Shown: positions 46,681 to 57,634 of the stretch, piece by piece
How positions within the stretch are numbered: position 1 is the first letter of the stretch
How the letters are laid out: each line of letters opens with the position of its first letter
Source of the DNA: Arenicellales bacterium
GTDB taxonomy: Bacteria > Pseudomonadota > Gammaproteobacteria > Arenicellales > JAJDZL01
Direction of reading: 5' to 3'
DNA length: 64,000 nt
NCBI GenBank assembly: GCA_965206345.1
Contig: OZ242211.1
Location: forward strand, 1,791,808 to 1,855,807
The notes under the pieces: generated by a model
What the model was told of the DNA's origin: nothing
Database searches by the model: none
The model's input: the letters and a program-made list of their open reading frames with translations, nothing else
Translations under genes and position numbers: made by a program

Positions 46681-48075
46681 TTACAGTTCTTTGCTCTTCC
46701 GAGCGATTGTGTTCCTACCCCAGCCCAGAATTTCAGCAGCTTTCTGTTTGGAGCCGTCGGTATATTCCAGCACCGTTCGCAGCATCGCTCGCTCAACAAA
46801 CTCCCTGAGTTCTCCTTCCCTAATTTCAGAGGAGTGATTCAACACCTGTTTGATTGCACCTTGCAGCACTGTCTCGGCATTGAGTGGAGTCTCGTCGACA
46901 GGCTCAAAGCGGCCAAATATCTGAGGTAAATCATTCAGTAGCACAGTTTGCGCTGGAACCATCGCGGTGACTGATCGACAAAAATTCTCAATTTCCCGAA
47001 CGTTACCTGGCCAACCATAACTTTCAAGGTAATGCGTTACATCGTCAGACAGAATTTTTTGTTTGGTGTTCAATTGCGCAGCGGATAGCTTCAGGAAGTG
47101 CGCCAGCAATTCAGGAATGTCCTCGCGTCGCGAACGAATTGGTGTGAGAGCAATTCGCACAACATTCAGACGGTGATACAAGTCCGTTCGAAATCTGTTC
47201 TGCTTGACTAGCGCTTCCAAGTCCTGATTGGTTGCAGCGATTATTCGAACGTCAACCGTTACCTCAGCTGTACCACCCACCCGATAAAACTTGTTCTCAG
47301 ACATGACTCTGAGCAGGCGACTTTGCAATTCATGCGGCATGTCACCAATTTCATCCAGAAACAGCGTGCCTCGGTTTGCTTGTTCAAAGCGACCGGCACG
47401 TCGTTGATTAGCTCCGGTAAATGCTCCTTTTTCATGTCCGAAGAGTTCAGATTCCAACAAATCAGCCGGAATGGCCGCAGCGTTAATTGCGATAAATACC
47501 TGATCACGCCGAATGCTGTTTTCGTACAAAGCCCGTGCAACCAGTTCCTTGCCGGTTCCAGATTCGCCAGTAATCAACACATTGAGATCAGAGCTTGACA
47601 ATCGACCAATCGCTCGGAATAAATCCTGCATGGCGGTTGATTTGCCGATCATCTGAGTCGCTTGAGGATTATTGGATTGTATGGTTGGGGAAATGCTGTT
47701 TGACTCCGTCAGTACCCGCTGAACCAGAGAAACGGCTTCATCAATGTCGAAGGGCTTTGCTAGATACTCCCTGGCTCCTCGCTGAAATGAATTCACAGTT
47801 GTGTCTAGATCGGAGTAGGCGGTCATAACAACCACCGGCAAATCGGGTCTAACTTTGTGAACTGATTCCAGAAGATCAAGTCCACTACTGCCTGCCATAC
47901 GAATGTCCGTAACAATTGCCGTCGGTTGCTCGCGACTAAACATCTCAAGTGCATCGTCAGCATCACTGAACTGTCGAATATTGAGCCCAGCCTGTTTAAG
48001 CGCCTGTGCGAGTACCCACCGTATTGACTCATCGTCGTCTACAATCCAAATGCTTGCTTGATTTGCCTGTGCCAT
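46681..48075 (-). CDS. glnG: nitrogen regulation response regulator NtrC (sigma54 activator)
   Basis: Receiver domain (IWIVDDDESIRW), AAA+ domain (GESGTGKE, GAFTGA) and a C-terminal HTH. The start is taken at the ATG at 48075. Confidence 0.9.
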   Translation of the reverse strand: MAQANQASIWIVDDDESIRWVLAQALKQAGLNIRQFSDADDALEMFSREQPTAIVTDIRMAGSSGLDLLESVHKVRPDLPVVVMTAYSDLDTTVNSFQRGAREYLAKPFDIDEAVSLVQRVLTESNSISPTIQSNNPQATQMIGKSTAMQDLFRAIGRLSSSDLNVLITGESGTGKELVARALYENSIRRDQVFIAINAAAIPADLLESELFGHEKGAFTGANQRRAGRFEQANRGTLFLDEIGDMPHELQSRLLRVMSENKFYRVGGTAEVTVDVRIIAATNQDLEALVKQNRFRTDLYHRLNVVRIALTPIRSRREDIPELLAHFLKLSAAQLNTKQKILSDDVTHYLESYGWPGNVREIENFCRSVTAMVPAQTVLLNDLPQIFGRFEPVDETPLNAETVLQGAIKQVLNHSSEIREGELREFVERAMLRTVLEYTDGSKQKAAEILGWGRNTIARKSKEL

Positions 48076-48091
48076 GGTTTGTTCTATCGTT

Positions 48092-49204
48092 TTATGAGTT
48101 GCATCTGTTTGAGCCAGCAAACTTAAGGAGAGTAGTAAACACGGTTCGACCGGGTCGGCTCTCGCAACTGACTTTACCTCCATGGCGAGCGATGATGTGG
48201 TGAACGATTGATAGCCCAAGCCCTTCCCCTCTAGGATTACCGGAAATCATCGGGTAAAAAACCTGATCGATGAGATCGTAAGGGATGCCGCAGCCGTTGT
48301 CTTCAACCTCAATTCTAGCAACACTCATATGTCGCTCTTTTCCCAGCGTTACCTGTCGCTCAACACGCGATCGCAACTTGATACAGCCCGAGTTTCCACA
48401 TGCTTCAACAGCATTAAGCATCATGTTCATAAATGCCTGAATGAGTTGTTCACGGTCTCCAATCACCAGTGGCAGGCTGGGATCGTAATCCTGATCTATT
48501 CTAATACTACCCGAAACTTCAACCAGAGTCAGGTGGCGTACATGTTCTAGAACTTCGTGAATGTTAATGTTCTCGAACTGCATGGATGTGTGCGTGTGAG
48601 ACATGCTGTCGACCAGTCCACACAACCGATCCGTTTCTCGAACAATGATGTCTGTGTACACTTTAAGATTGGGCAGATCTCCAAGTTCGCGTTCAAGCAG
48701 TTGTGCTGCTCCTCGTAATCCACCCAGTGGGTTTTTGATTTCGTGGCCAATCGCACGAATGACAGCAATGTTTGCATGCTGTCCAATCTCCATGGAGTCT
48801 TCTTCAGTTTGATGTACAGCCCGGTTAATTTCGTTAATTTCCAGAATCAAGTTACCCAAGCCTTCGGTTTTAATCGGGCTAATAATGCAGTCTACCAATT
48901 TGGCCTGGTGACTCGATGACAACATTTCGGTACGACGAAGTGTAGTCGCTTGTGAGGTTGCAAGGCATCTTCTAATAATCGTTTCAATGCTCTCATGATT
49001 AAGAAAGTTAAGGACATTTTCTCCTTTTGCCTGCGATTCACTGAATTCAAACAGAGATTGCGCAGCAGGGTTGGTGTACTGGATAAACAGGTCTGAGCTG
49101 CAGCAAATGATCGCGGTATTCAGTTCCTGAAGCAGGTGCGAAATTCCCTCCGGCTCATCACCGCAGAAAGGACTATTTGAATCAATGGAAATCTCTGCCG
49201 CCAC
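48092..49204 (-). CDS. glnL: nitrogen regulation sensor histidine kinase NtrB
   Basis: PAS-like N-terminus, H box HEIKNPLGG, and N/G boxes (NAVEA, DNGCGIP, GEGLGLS). GTG start. Confidence 0.85.
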   Translation of the reverse strand: MAAEISIDSNSPFCGDEPEGISHLLQELNTAIICCSSDLFIQYTNPAAQSLFEFSESQAKGENVLNFLNHESIETIIRRCLATSQATTLRRTEMLSSSHQAKLVDCIISPIKTEGLGNLILEINEINRAVHQTEEDSMEIGQHANIAVIRAIGHEIKNPLGGLRGAAQLLERELGDLPNLKVYTDIIVRETDRLCGLVDSMSHTHTSMQFENINIHEVLEHVRHLTLVEVSGSIRIDQDYDPSLPLVIGDREQLIQAFMNMMLNAVEACGNSGCIKLRSRVERQVTLGKERHMSVARIEVEDNGCGIPYDLIDQVFYPMISGNPRGEGLGLSIVHHIIARHGGKVSCESRPGRTVFTTLLKFAGSNRCNS

Positions 49205-49384
49205 TAGTGGGCATGTGGGCTAAAAAGATAAACGAACTTCCTGGGACTCTCGTATCATCGAGAGCTTGGTAAACTTGACGGCCAAATCGGACCGCCAAGT
49301 TGTCCAGTAGTTTGCAGCCAGTCAGCGACTGGTGTGATGCCGATTTCGTTTACCGATAATCGGCGACCCACCCGATTCGGACTG

Positions 49385-50833
49385 TTATCTGCTGTAGTAC
49401 ATCTCAAATTCAAGAGGATGTGTAACAAGCCGGATAGCCTTGACATCTTCATTCAAGAGTTCAATATAGGCATCAATGGCAGTATCAGTGAATACGCCGC
49501 CTTCCTTCAGAAAGTCACGGTCATTGTCCAGTGCAATGAGCGCCTGATTCAAGGATGGCGCGACGTGAGGAATTTCCCGTTCCTCGGCAGCGGTCAATTC
49601 ATAGAGGTCTCTTTCCGCAGGTATGCCGGGATCAATCTGATTCTTTATTCCGTCAAGCCCCGCCATCAGCATGGCTGCGAATGCGAGGTACGGGTTCGCC
49701 GTTGGGTCCGGGAAACGGACTTCCACTCGCCTGGCAGCATCCGAAGTGAACGGAATTCGGCAGGATGCTGATCGGTTGTATGCGGAGTACTGCAAAAGAA
49801 CGGGTGCTTCATAGCCCGGCACCAGCCGTTTATAGCTGTTGGTTGTCGGATTGGTGAACGCATTGAGCGCCTTGGCGTGCTTGAAGATTCCGCCAATGTA
49901 CCACAAGGCTTCCTGGCTGAGCCCGCAGTACTGATCGCCTGCAAACATTGACTTTCCGTCCTTGACTAGCGACTGATGGACATGCATGCCCGAACCGTTA
50001 TCGCCGACCAGTGGTTTCGGCATAAACGTAGCCGTGTATCCATGTGCATTTGCGACGTTTTTCACGCAATACTTGTAGATCTGCGTTCGGTCGGCCATTT
50101 TCACTAGTGTGTTGTACCGAATGCCAATCTCAGCCTGACCGGCTGTTCCGACCTCGTGGTGATGTTTTTCAACATCGGCACCCATATCAAGCATTGCCTG
50201 ACACATGGCAGAACGGATATCGGTAAATGAGTCAGTTGGTGGAACGGGGAAATACCCGCCCTTGACTCGTGGCCGGTGTCCCAGATTCGGCCCTGCATCA
50301 TAATCCTGGTTGCTGTTCCATGCACCTTCATAGGAGTTGATTTCATAGAAGCAGCTTTCCATGTGGGTACTCCATCGAACTCCGTCGAAGATGAAAAATT
50401 CAGGCTCAGGTCCGAAATAAGCAGTGTCAGCGATGCCGGATGTGGCAAGATAATCCTCTGCTTTCTGGCCAATGCTCCTCGGGTCCTTTTCGTACCACTC
50501 GTCTTTGCCTGGGTTATAAATACTGCAGCGGATAACCACCGTCGTTTCCTGCAAGAAAGGGTCAATGACACTGGCAGTGGGGTCCAAGATCATACACATA
50601 TCCGATTCGTTAATCGGCTGCCATCCCTGAATGGACGAACCATCAAACATGACCGGTTCGTCGAACATATTTTCTGAAAAGTTAGAAATCGGCCAACTGA
50701 GTTGCTGCACCGTCCCTAAAGTATCTGTAAAGCGAAAGCTGACCCATTTTGCATCGCTGTCCTTAATCAGCTGCATTGTCTCCTCAATAGCTTTTGGATT
50801 GCGATTTGCGCGAATTGCTTTTTCCACTGACAT
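49385..50833 (-). CDS. glnA: glutamine synthetase type I
   Basis: It shows full-length GSI similarity ([40 protein letters not shown]). The ATG at 50833 follows GGAGGA. Confidence 0.95.
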   Translation of the reverse strand: MSVEKAIRANRNPKAIEETMQLIKDSDAKWVSFRFTDTLGTVQQLSWPISNFSENMFDEPVMFDGSSIQGWQPINESDMCMILDPTASVIDPFLQETTVVIRCSIYNPGKDEWYEKDPRSIGQKAEDYLATSGIADTAYFGPEPEFFIFDGVRWSTHMESCFYEINSYEGAWNSNQDYDAGPNLGHRPRVKGGYFPVPPTDSFTDIRSAMCQAMLDMGADVEKHHHEVGTAGQAEIGIRYNTLVKMADRTQIYKYCVKNVANAHGYTATFMPKPLVGDNGSGMHVHQSLVKDGKSMFAGDQYCGLSQEALWYIGGIFKHAKALNAFTNPTTNSYKRLVPGYEAPVLLQYSAYNRSASCRIPFTSDAARRVEVRFPDPTANPYLAFAAMLMAGLDGIKNQIDPGIPAERDLYELTAAEEREIPHVAPSLNQALIALDNDRDFLKEGGVFTDTAIDAYIELLNEDVKAIRLVTHPLEFEMYYSR

Positions 50834-50878
50834 TAGATATTCCTCCAAGAATATTAAAATGAACTACATCCTGTTTAC

Positions 50879-50894
50879 AGCAATTATCATGCCA
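50879..50894 (-). promoter_or_regulatory. sigma54 (-24/-12) promoter of glnA
   Basis: The minus strand reads TGGCAT-gataa-TTGCT, about 45 nt upstream of the glnA ATG. This matches TGGCAC-N5-TTGCW. Confidence 0.7.
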
Positions 50895-50933
50895 GCGTTA
50901 AGGGAGAAATGCTGGGAAATTGCCTAGCAAAAC

Positions 50934-50980
50934 GCGCAATTATAGTGCGCATTGATTGTTGCATGCACCTAGATGGTGCG
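50934..50980 (-). promoter_or_regulatory. NtrC-binding palindromes and embedded sigma70 -10 box upstream of glnA
   Basis: 50964-50980 reads TGCACC-tagat-GGTGCG, 11/12 to the NtrC consensus TGCACC-N5-GGTGCA. 50934-50950 reads GCGCA-N7-TGCGC and encloses TATAAT on the minus strand, which is glnAp1-like. Confidence 0.55.
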
Positions 50981-51044
50981 TGATGTAGTTAATTGGTTGA
51001 AAGCGGTCTTAACCCAACGTATGGTTAGCGCTGGATACTTTGAA

Positions 51045-51281
51045 TTAGGAATCGCAAATTTGCAGTCGAACTATAGTCTCATCGCCTACGTTCTTGGCTG
51101 AGATCAGTTTGTGACCGTGCACACGACACCAGGCAGGAATGTCCACTAGTGCACCTGGGTCAGTACACAACACCTCCAGAATTTGACCATTTTCCAATTC
51201 GCTGACGGTCTGCTGAGTACGAATAACAGGCATCGGGCAAATCAGATTCCTGGCATCCAGAGTCTGGTCTATACGTACCAT
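51045..51281 (-). CDS. TusA/SirA-family sulfur carrier protein
   Basis: 78 aa with the CPMP motif (DARNLICPMPV). Confidence 0.8.
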   Translation of the reverse strand: MVRIDQTLDARNLICPMPVIRTQQTVSELENGQILEVLCTDPGALVDIPAWCRVHGHKLISAKNVGDETIVRLQICDS

Positions 51282-52312
51282 TGCTGTTGTACTTCAACGG
51301 GTTGCATGGGTGCGACAGACAGCATGCGCTGTTGACCATTTCTGTCGGTAAACTGAACATCAACTCTCTCAGCGCTTCGCGAACTTCCATATCGCGCGAC
51401 AAGACGCGCTGCCAGTTCAACATCGCAATCCTGAATCGGGCCATCAATTAAACTCAATGGCCCAGAGTGGCTGGTGATTGTCAGGTGAGCAAATTTTGAT
51501 CGATATCCGCGCAGGTATTGAGTTTCACCGGCATCACGTGCAATAATCAATTTCCAATCGGTACCTGGACGCATGTGTCGGCCCACTTTGAGCAGCATGA
51601 TGTCGTCGAATTCGTAGTCTTTGTTTTCTCGATGGTTCCAGAAATCCTGCAGTTTTCTGGAATACGATTCATCGGTCAGGAAACAGCAGCCGCCGGCGGG
51701 TTGTGCATAATCTTTAATACCAAACTTTTCCGCCAGCGCCATCTGGACGTGACGTCCCCGACCTGAGATGCTGTATAGTTTTTCCCGGTCTACCCAACCG
51801 GCTCTTTCTGGCAGCGTTGCGGGGAGCAATTTGGCGCTCAGGGGTCGAAGTAGACGGTCGAATGCACCAGATTCTCTAGCGACCACAGGAAATGTGCTGC
51901 GCCTTTGTGATTTTGGTCGCTGGCCAAGCACCTCACCTGTGATGATGAAATCAAATCCATTTTGCTCCATCCATTCTCTAGCCTTACCGACCATAAATCC
52001 CTTGCAGTCTAAGCAGGGATTCAGATGCGCGCCATATCCGTGCTTCGGATTGAGAACAATTTCCTTATATGGCTCAATTGCTTCGATGATATGCAGTTTG
52101 ATTCCAATCTGTTCGGCGGACCATAGTGCATTGTTTCGTTTTTGTCGATTTTTGTCTCGATTACGTATGGCATGAGTATGACCTTCCACACAAAATCCGG
52201 TGAAAATATTCAACCCTTCAACATGAACTCCTTGTTCTAGCATGAGACGGGCAGCCAGCATGGAGTCAAGGCCGCCTGAAATCAGCGCGATTGCTTTTTG
52301 TTTTGCTGCCAT
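51269..52312 (-). CDS. PP-loop ATP pyrophosphatase family protein (predicted thiolation enzyme, ThiI/MnmA-like)
   Basis: 347 aa. It has the PP-loop ALISGGLDS and the Cys motifs NPCLDCK and GGCCFL. The stop overlaps the TusA-like start by 13 nt. Confidence 0.7.
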   Translation of the reverse strand: MAAKQKAIALISGGLDSMLAARLMLEQGVHVEGLNIFTGFCVEGHTHAIRNRDKNRQKRNNALWSAEQIGIKLHIIEAIEPYKEIVLNPKHGYGAHLNPCLDCKGFMVGKAREWMEQNGFDFIITGEVLGQRPKSQRRSTFPVVARESGAFDRLLRPLSAKLLPATLPERAGWVDREKLYSISGRGRHVQMALAEKFGIKDYAQPAGGCCFLTDESYSRKLQDFWNHRENKDYEFDDIMLLKVGRHMRPGTDWKLIIARDAGETQYLRGYRSKFAHLTITSHSGPLSLIDGPIQDCDVELAARLVARYGSSRSAERVDVQFTDRNGQQRMLSVAPMQPVEVQQQWYV

Positions 52313-52846
52313 TTGTCCCTAATTGAAGTCAGTAAAGTACGCAGAAATGATATTGCTAAGCGCAATCAATTCTGAAAAGATTTTTTGGAGACCCATGGAT
52401 AAGAGACTCAATGCCTCTTTCTCAGGTTGCATTTGCGTGCCTTAATTGTCGGTAAAAACAATCCTTGAGTATTTCGAAGACTTTTGCATTTCTCTCACTT
52501 TGAGCGGTAATTCCATCTTAGAATTTAACTGCTTCGACTTCAATACCGCTTCACAGCAATTGATCCTGAACTGCACCGAATTGCTGTAGATTTTCCGCGT
52601 GTGGGGAAGATGAATACGCCCAAACCTTTCGAGTCTTCCAGACTTTGATTTGACTGATCCATGCAGTTCTGATCTTAGCAGCATCGCCACTTTTTCAGAC
52701 AAAGACCAGGCAAGTCGAGTCAGGTATAATTTTCATTGTCGATAAACACAATCACATTGTTTCGCACCCTCGATTGGACTATTTAGGCAGTTCGACAAAT
52801 TTCTGCTAGTATGTCTTTCTGTTGCTTCTACACGCGTAAGTAACCT

Positions 52847-55800
52847 TTGAATTTCCAGCAAATCATTTCCGCTCTCAATCACTACTGGGGAGAGCAGGGT
52901 TGCGTTATTTTGCAACCCTATGACATGGAAGTTGGTGCCGGCACATTTCATCCGGCAACATTTCTCGGTGCGGTTGGTCCGGAACCCACCCGTTCAGCCT
53001 ACGTTCAACCATCAAGACGACCAACTGATGGCCGCTATGGTGACAATCCCAATAGGCTGCAGCACTACTTCCAATACCAGGTTGTATTAAAACCCTCTCC
53101 GACTGATTTTCAAGATCTTTATCTGGAGTCGCTCAAATCACTCGGGATCGATCCATTGCTAGACGACATTCGGTTTGTTGAGGATGACTGGGAGTCTCCA
53201 ACACTGGGAGCATGGGGTCTGGGTTGGGAGGTCTGGCTTAATGGCATGGAAATTACCCAGGTCACGTACTTTCAACAGGTCGGCGGGCTGGAATGCCGAC
53301 CGGTGACGGGAGAAATTACCTATGGACTTGAACGGATTGCCATGTATGTTCAAGGCGTCGACAGCATTTTTGACCTTGTTTGGAACGATGATGTCAGTTA
53401 TGGCGACCTCTACCATCAAAATGAATTCGAGCAGTCCAAATACAATTTTGAGACAGCCGATACGCAAACCCTGTTCCGTCAGTTCAATGCTGCGGAAGCG
53501 GCTTGTAAATCACTGACTGAAATTGATTTGCCGCTGCCTGCCTATGAACAAGTGCTGAAAGCGTCTCATCTGTTCAACTTGTTAGATTCAAGACGAACGA
53601 TTGGGGTAACTGAACGAGCTGTTTATATCGGTCGGGTGCGCGCCCTCGCCCGTGGTGTTGCACATTGCTATTACAAGAGCCGCGAGTCAAAGAACTTTCC
53701 GCGGCTTCGAGATCCTGCAGCTAAGCTATCTGGAGAATCAAATCCTGATTCTATATTGCCTGCCAATGATTCAAAGCTGGCATCAATGCCCCTATTGTTT
53801 GAATTGGGTACTGAAGAACTTCCACCTCAAGCAGTCGCCAAACTTGGTCAAGCACTTGAAAGTGAACTCAAGCGAGAACTTGTACAAGCCGGATTAATTG
53901 ATTCAGTCGATGCATCATCAAAGTGGTATGCGACACCCCGTCGAATTGCAGTCATCATTGAAAAAGTACTGACTCGCAGTCAGGATATAGAGAAAATCAA
54001 GCGGGGCCCATCTCTAGAGCGGGCATTCGAGCAGGATGGCTCCCCTTCGAAGGCAGCGCATGGGTTCGCAAAAGGATGTGGCGTTACTGTTAAGGATCTT
54101 GATACACTGGAAAATGAGTCAGGCAGGTTTTTGGCCTATCGGTTTAAGGAATACGGCAAATTGGCCCGGGAAATGATTCCCAGGTGTGCAGAGTCTGCTC
54201 TGTCTCGAATGCCAATTCCAAAGCGTATGCGTTGGGGAAATTTCAGTCACGAATTTGTTCGTCCTATCCACTGGGTGGTAATAATGCACGGCGATCATGT
54301 CATTCCATGTCAACTCCTGACCATTGAATCGGGTTCGTTGACATTCGGACATCGATTTCACGCTACCGACCCCATTCAGCTTAAAGAAGCAGGAAGTTAC
54401 GCAACCGTGCTTTTGGAACAAGGGCATGTGATGGCAAATCGCGCTGAACGCAAGCAGGCAATTCAGAGTCAGCTGCGAGATCTGGAAATTCGTTTCCAGG
54501 GAACTGCTATGAAGGACGATGATTTACTGGATGAAGTGACAGACTTGGTGGAGTGGCCGTATGCGTTTTGCGGTACTATCAGCACCGAATTTCTGAAATT
54601 GCCGCCTGAGGTTCTGATCTCCTCGATGCGAAAACACCAAAAGTACTTCCCTGTATTTGATGCAAACGGAATCTTACAGCCAAAATTCTTCGCGGTTGCA
54701 AATATTACACCCACGAATGAAGAGCGGGCGAACAGAATTGTTGTTGGCAATGAACGGGTCCTTCGGGCGCGGCTTTCAGATGCCAAATTCTTTTATGAAC
54801 AGGATTGCAAGACGCCGCTGCAGGACATGCTGCCTGCCTTGCAGCATCTGGTATTTCACCGCAAGCTTGGCTCCTATTCCCAAAAGTCTGAGCGCATCCA
54901 AATGTTGGCAGTTCGAATTGCCGATCAGGTTTTTACCGCAAGTGACGACTTTCGAGACGCATCACGACTTGCAAAAGCCGACTTGGTTAGTGAAATGGTT
55001 GGGGAATTTCCAGAACTCCAAGGCATTATGGGACGGTATTACGCAGAGCTCGATGGTTATCCAGAAAGCGTCAGCCGTGCAATACAGGAACACTACATGC
55101 CAGTATCGGCTGCAGGCGAGTTGCCTGAATCGGATGTCGGGATAGTTGTTGCAATTGCCGACCGGATTGACTCACTTGTAGGACTCACGAGTGCGGGCGA
55201 AGTCGCTAAAGGAGACCGTGATCCGTTTTCATTGCGGCGCATGGCACTGGCGGTTCTTTGCATCATCATTGAGCGCAAACTGAATCTGGACCTTCGGAAT
55301 GTGTTGCAAATCTCAGCAAATATCTATCAGGAACAGGTGGAAGAATCCAAAAGTGCCGGTGCACAGATTTCGACGAAAGATGACTTGACGCGTCTTTTTG
55401 AATTCATGCTCGAACGATTAAGGCACTACTATCTGGAGCAGGGTTATGCTACGGATGAATTCAATGCGGTCATTGAACTCAAACCCGGTAGTCCTTTGGA
55501 ATTTGACAAAAGAATGAAGGCTGTGAGAAGCTTTCGGGAAATGCAAGAATATTCCGACTTAATAGCCGCGAACAAGCGGATTCGCAACATATTGAATCAC
55601 GCTGACACCTTGAACGCTCGAGAAGTTAATTCCGACCGGCTGCTGGAACCGGCTGAAGTAGCACTGTATAAAAAAGCGAAGCACCTTGCTATTGAGGTGA
55701 AGTCGTTAAGAGCATCATTCAGTTTTGATGCGATTCTTCGCATGCTTGCTCAGCTCAGAGATCCAATCGATGATCTTTTCGATACTGTAATGGTGATGGA

Positions 55801-55912
55801 TGAGAATCTTGAACTCAGAGCAAACCGTATCGCGTTGGTCCGCTACGTCTACAACTTATTCTGCGAAGTGGCAGATCTGTCAAAACTTCAATCATCAAAG
55901 GACAAGGCATGA
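52847..55912 (+). CDS. glyQS: glycyl-tRNA synthetase, alpha and beta subunits fused in one polypeptide
   Basis: 1021 aa. Residues 1 to about 285 are colinear with E. coli GlyQ ([24 protein letters not shown]...[12 protein letters not shown]...[14 protein letters not shown]). A linker of about 40 aa follows, then [11 protein letters not shown]...[10 protein letters not shown]..., colinear with GlyS. TTG start. Confidence 0.9.
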   Translation: MNFQQIISALNHYWGEQGCVILQPYDMEVGAGTFHPATFLGAVGPEPTRSAYVQPSRRPTDGRYGDNPNRLQHYFQYQVVLKPSPTDFQDLYLESLKSLGIDPLLDDIRFVEDDWESPTLGAWGLGWEVWLNGMEITQVTYFQQVGGLECRPVTGEITYGLERIAMYVQGVDSIFDLVWNDDVSYGDLYHQNEFEQSKYNFETADTQTLFRQFNAAEAACKSLTEIDLPLPAYEQVLKASHLFNLLDSRRTIGVTERAVYIGRVRALARGVAHCYYKSRESKNFPRLRDPAAKLSGESNPDSILPANDSKLASMPLLFELGTEELPPQAVAKLGQALESELKRELVQAGLIDSVDASSKWYATPRRIAVIIEKVLTRSQDIEKIKRGPSLERAFEQDGSPSKAAHGFAKGCGVTVKDLDTLENESGRFLAYRFKEYGKLAREMIPRCAESALSRMPIPKRMRWGNFSHEFVRPIHWVVIMHGDHVIPCQLLTIESGSLTFGHRFHATDPIQLKEAGSYATVLLEQGHVMANRAERKQAIQSQLRDLEIRFQGTAMKDDDLLDEVTDLVEWPYAFCGTISTEFLKLPPEVLISSMRKHQKYFPVFDANGILQPKFFAVANITPTNEERANRIVVGNERVLRARLSDAKFFYEQDCKTPLQDMLPALQHLVFHRKLGSYSQKSERIQMLAVRIADQVFTASDDFRDASRLAKADLVSEMVGEFPELQGIMGRYYAELDGYPESVSRAIQEHYMPVSAAGELPESDVGIVVAIADRIDSLVGLTSAGEVAKGDRDPFSLRRMALAVLCIIIERKLNLDLRNVLQISANIYQEQVEESKSAGAQISTKDDLTRLFEFMLERLRHYYLEQGYATDEFNAVIELKPGSPLEFDKRMKAVRSFREMQEYSDLIAANKRIRNILNHADTLNAREVNSDRLLEPAEVALYKKAKHLAIEVKSLRASFSFDAILRMLAQLRDPIDDLFDTVMVMDENLELRANRIALVRYVYNLFCEVADLSKLQSSKDKA

Positions 55913-56250
55913 ACCACGATTCATATGAAGAAATGCTGTCTGCTGTGCAGGACTTTCACAAAAAACACGATATGAAAAATACCGGTGGGCATGATCTTAG
56001 GTTTCGCATCGCGCTGATGTGCGAAGAGTTGGGTGAAGTGTCAGCTGCAGTTACAAAAGGACAGGGATCCGAAAAAATCGCTGAAGAGTGCGCAGATCTC
56101 TTGATTTTGCTGCTTGGAACATCAATCGCTGCAAAATTTGATCTGAATCAGGCATTTTGGCGGAAAATGGAAAAAATTCTGCAAAGAAAGGGCAGGATGA
56201 TTGACGGCACGTTACGAATATCTAATTTTGACCTCAAGTCGAGCAGTTAA
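55909..56250 (+). CDS. MazG-like nucleotide pyrophosphohydrolase (small, single domain)
   Basis: 113 aa with EELGEVSAA...[12 protein letters not shown]. It has an ATGA overlap with glyQS. Confidence 0.7.
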   Translation: MNHDSYEEMLSAVQDFHKKHDMKNTGGHDLRFRIALMCEELGEVSAAVTKGQGSEKIAEECADLLILLLGTSIAAKFDLNQAFWRKMEKILQRKGRMIDGTLRISNFDLKSSS

Positions 56251-56298
56251 TCGGATGAAAGATACGGAATATTGCCAGTTAAGGCTCCGCGTATCGCG

Positions 56299-57021
56299 AT
56301 GAGCACGCTTCGATCATTCCTGTTTATGACCCTTCTGATTTTGCTGACGCTGGTCTATTGGCCAGTGGCCGTCGCAGTTTATTTCTGTGAGCCACATTTT
56401 CGTTCGCGCATCATTGGTGGCTGGGCACACGCCATCATCTGGTTGTTGAAGGTGATATGTGGATTGCGTCACGAAGTTGAGGGACTTGAAACCCTTCCGG
56501 CTCAGCCGGCAGTCATCTTTTCCAAACATCAATCCGCTTGGGAAACGATTGCCTATCAGACGATTTTCCCAGCACAAGCCTGGGTGTTAAAGCGATCTTT
56601 ACTCTATATCCCATTCTTCGGCTGGGGGCTGGCCGCAACACATCCGATCAAAATAGACAGGACTACAGTTCGAAAGGCGCTCGAACAGGTGGTTAAGCAA
56701 GGAACGGAGGTCTTGAAGGAAGGTCGCTGGGTTGTTGTGTTTCCAGAAGGTACACGAATTCCACCAGGTGAGCACGGTACCTATCACGCCAGTGCTTCGT
56801 TGCTCGCAATTCGTGCAAATGTACCGCTGGTACCGGTGGCACACAATGCAGGTGATTTTTGGCAGCGTCGGGCACTTACCAAACGTCCCGGCGTCATTCG
56901 CGTCAGAATCGGTGAGCCCATTTACCCTGAACGAATGAAACCCAGGGAAATGAACCAGCAGGCTGAAGAATGGATTCGAAAGACGATGCCGGAAATCAGC
57001 GACGCTTACTCTTCAGATTGA
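56299..57021 (+). CDS. plsC: 1-acyl-sn-glycerol-3-phosphate acyltransferase
   Basis: N-terminal TM helix. The acyltransferase motifs are KHQSAWET and VFPEGTR. Confidence 0.8.
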   Translation: MSTLRSFLFMTLLILLTLVYWPVAVAVYFCEPHFRSRIIGGWAHAIIWLLKVICGLRHEVEGLETLPAQPAVIFSKHQSAWETIAYQTIFPAQAWVLKRSLLYIPFFGWGLAATHPIKIDRTTVRKALEQVVKQGTEVLKEGRWVVVFPEGTRIPPGEHGTYHASASLLAIRANVPLVPVAHNAGDFWQRRALTKRPGVIRVRIGEPIYPERMKPREMNQQAEEWIRKTMPEISDAYSSD

Positions 57022-57064
57022 GTTCGAATTTGAAAGATTGAATGCTGCGATCAGAAGCTTGCCG

Positions 57065-57634
57065 CTATTCGGTAATTTGATGACACATTGATTCAATCGG
57101 AAAGAACAGTTCTGCAGGCGGAATTGCACGAATGATGTATTCTTCGTTTTCGTACTCATAGATCAAATCGGCTGATTTTTCTTCAGTTTCAACGACCTGA
57201 GCAGAATCGAGGTCAACTGCGAAACCAGGTGTAAGGTAAATCGAAGTTGCTCGAACCGGTGCGTAGCCGTCCCTTACCCGACCAAAGCTGATTGATTCGG
57301 TTATTTCAAGTGGAATGAGGCGTTCTCGAACGCTTGGAGCCCAAGCGTACAGAAATTTCCCTGTAGTATTCTGATTGGTCTTGAACACTGCAATCCCGGA
57401 ATTTCTTCGTTCAGACCGAAGCCGGAAATTGTTCTGCTGGTGCTCAAGGTATTGCTGTCTTGAGATTGTATTGCTGATGCTGGTGACGTATCGTTCAGGA
57501 TCGATCAGAAAATTTGCCAGCATCAGTTGATCAAATTCATCGTAGACAACACTGCAGTCAAAGTAGTTTGCTTTGACTGGTAAAAATGCCAGCGACGCAA
57601 CAAAAGCCAGAGCAATGAGGGTACGACTAATCAT
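57065..57634 (-). CDS. hypothetical secreted protein
   Basis: 189 aa with the signal peptide MISRTLIALAFVASLAFLPVKA. The start overlaps the rsmA stop by 8 nt. Confidence 0.5.
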   Translation of the reverse strand: MISRTLIALAFVASLAFLPVKANYFDCSVVYDEFDQLMLANFLIDPERYVTSISNTISRQQYLEHQQNNFRLRSERRNSGIAVFKTNQNTTGKFLYAWAPSVRERLIPLEITESISFGRVRDGYAPVRATSIYLTPGFAVDLDSAQVVETEEKSADLIYEYENEEYIIRAIPPAELFFPIESMCHQITE

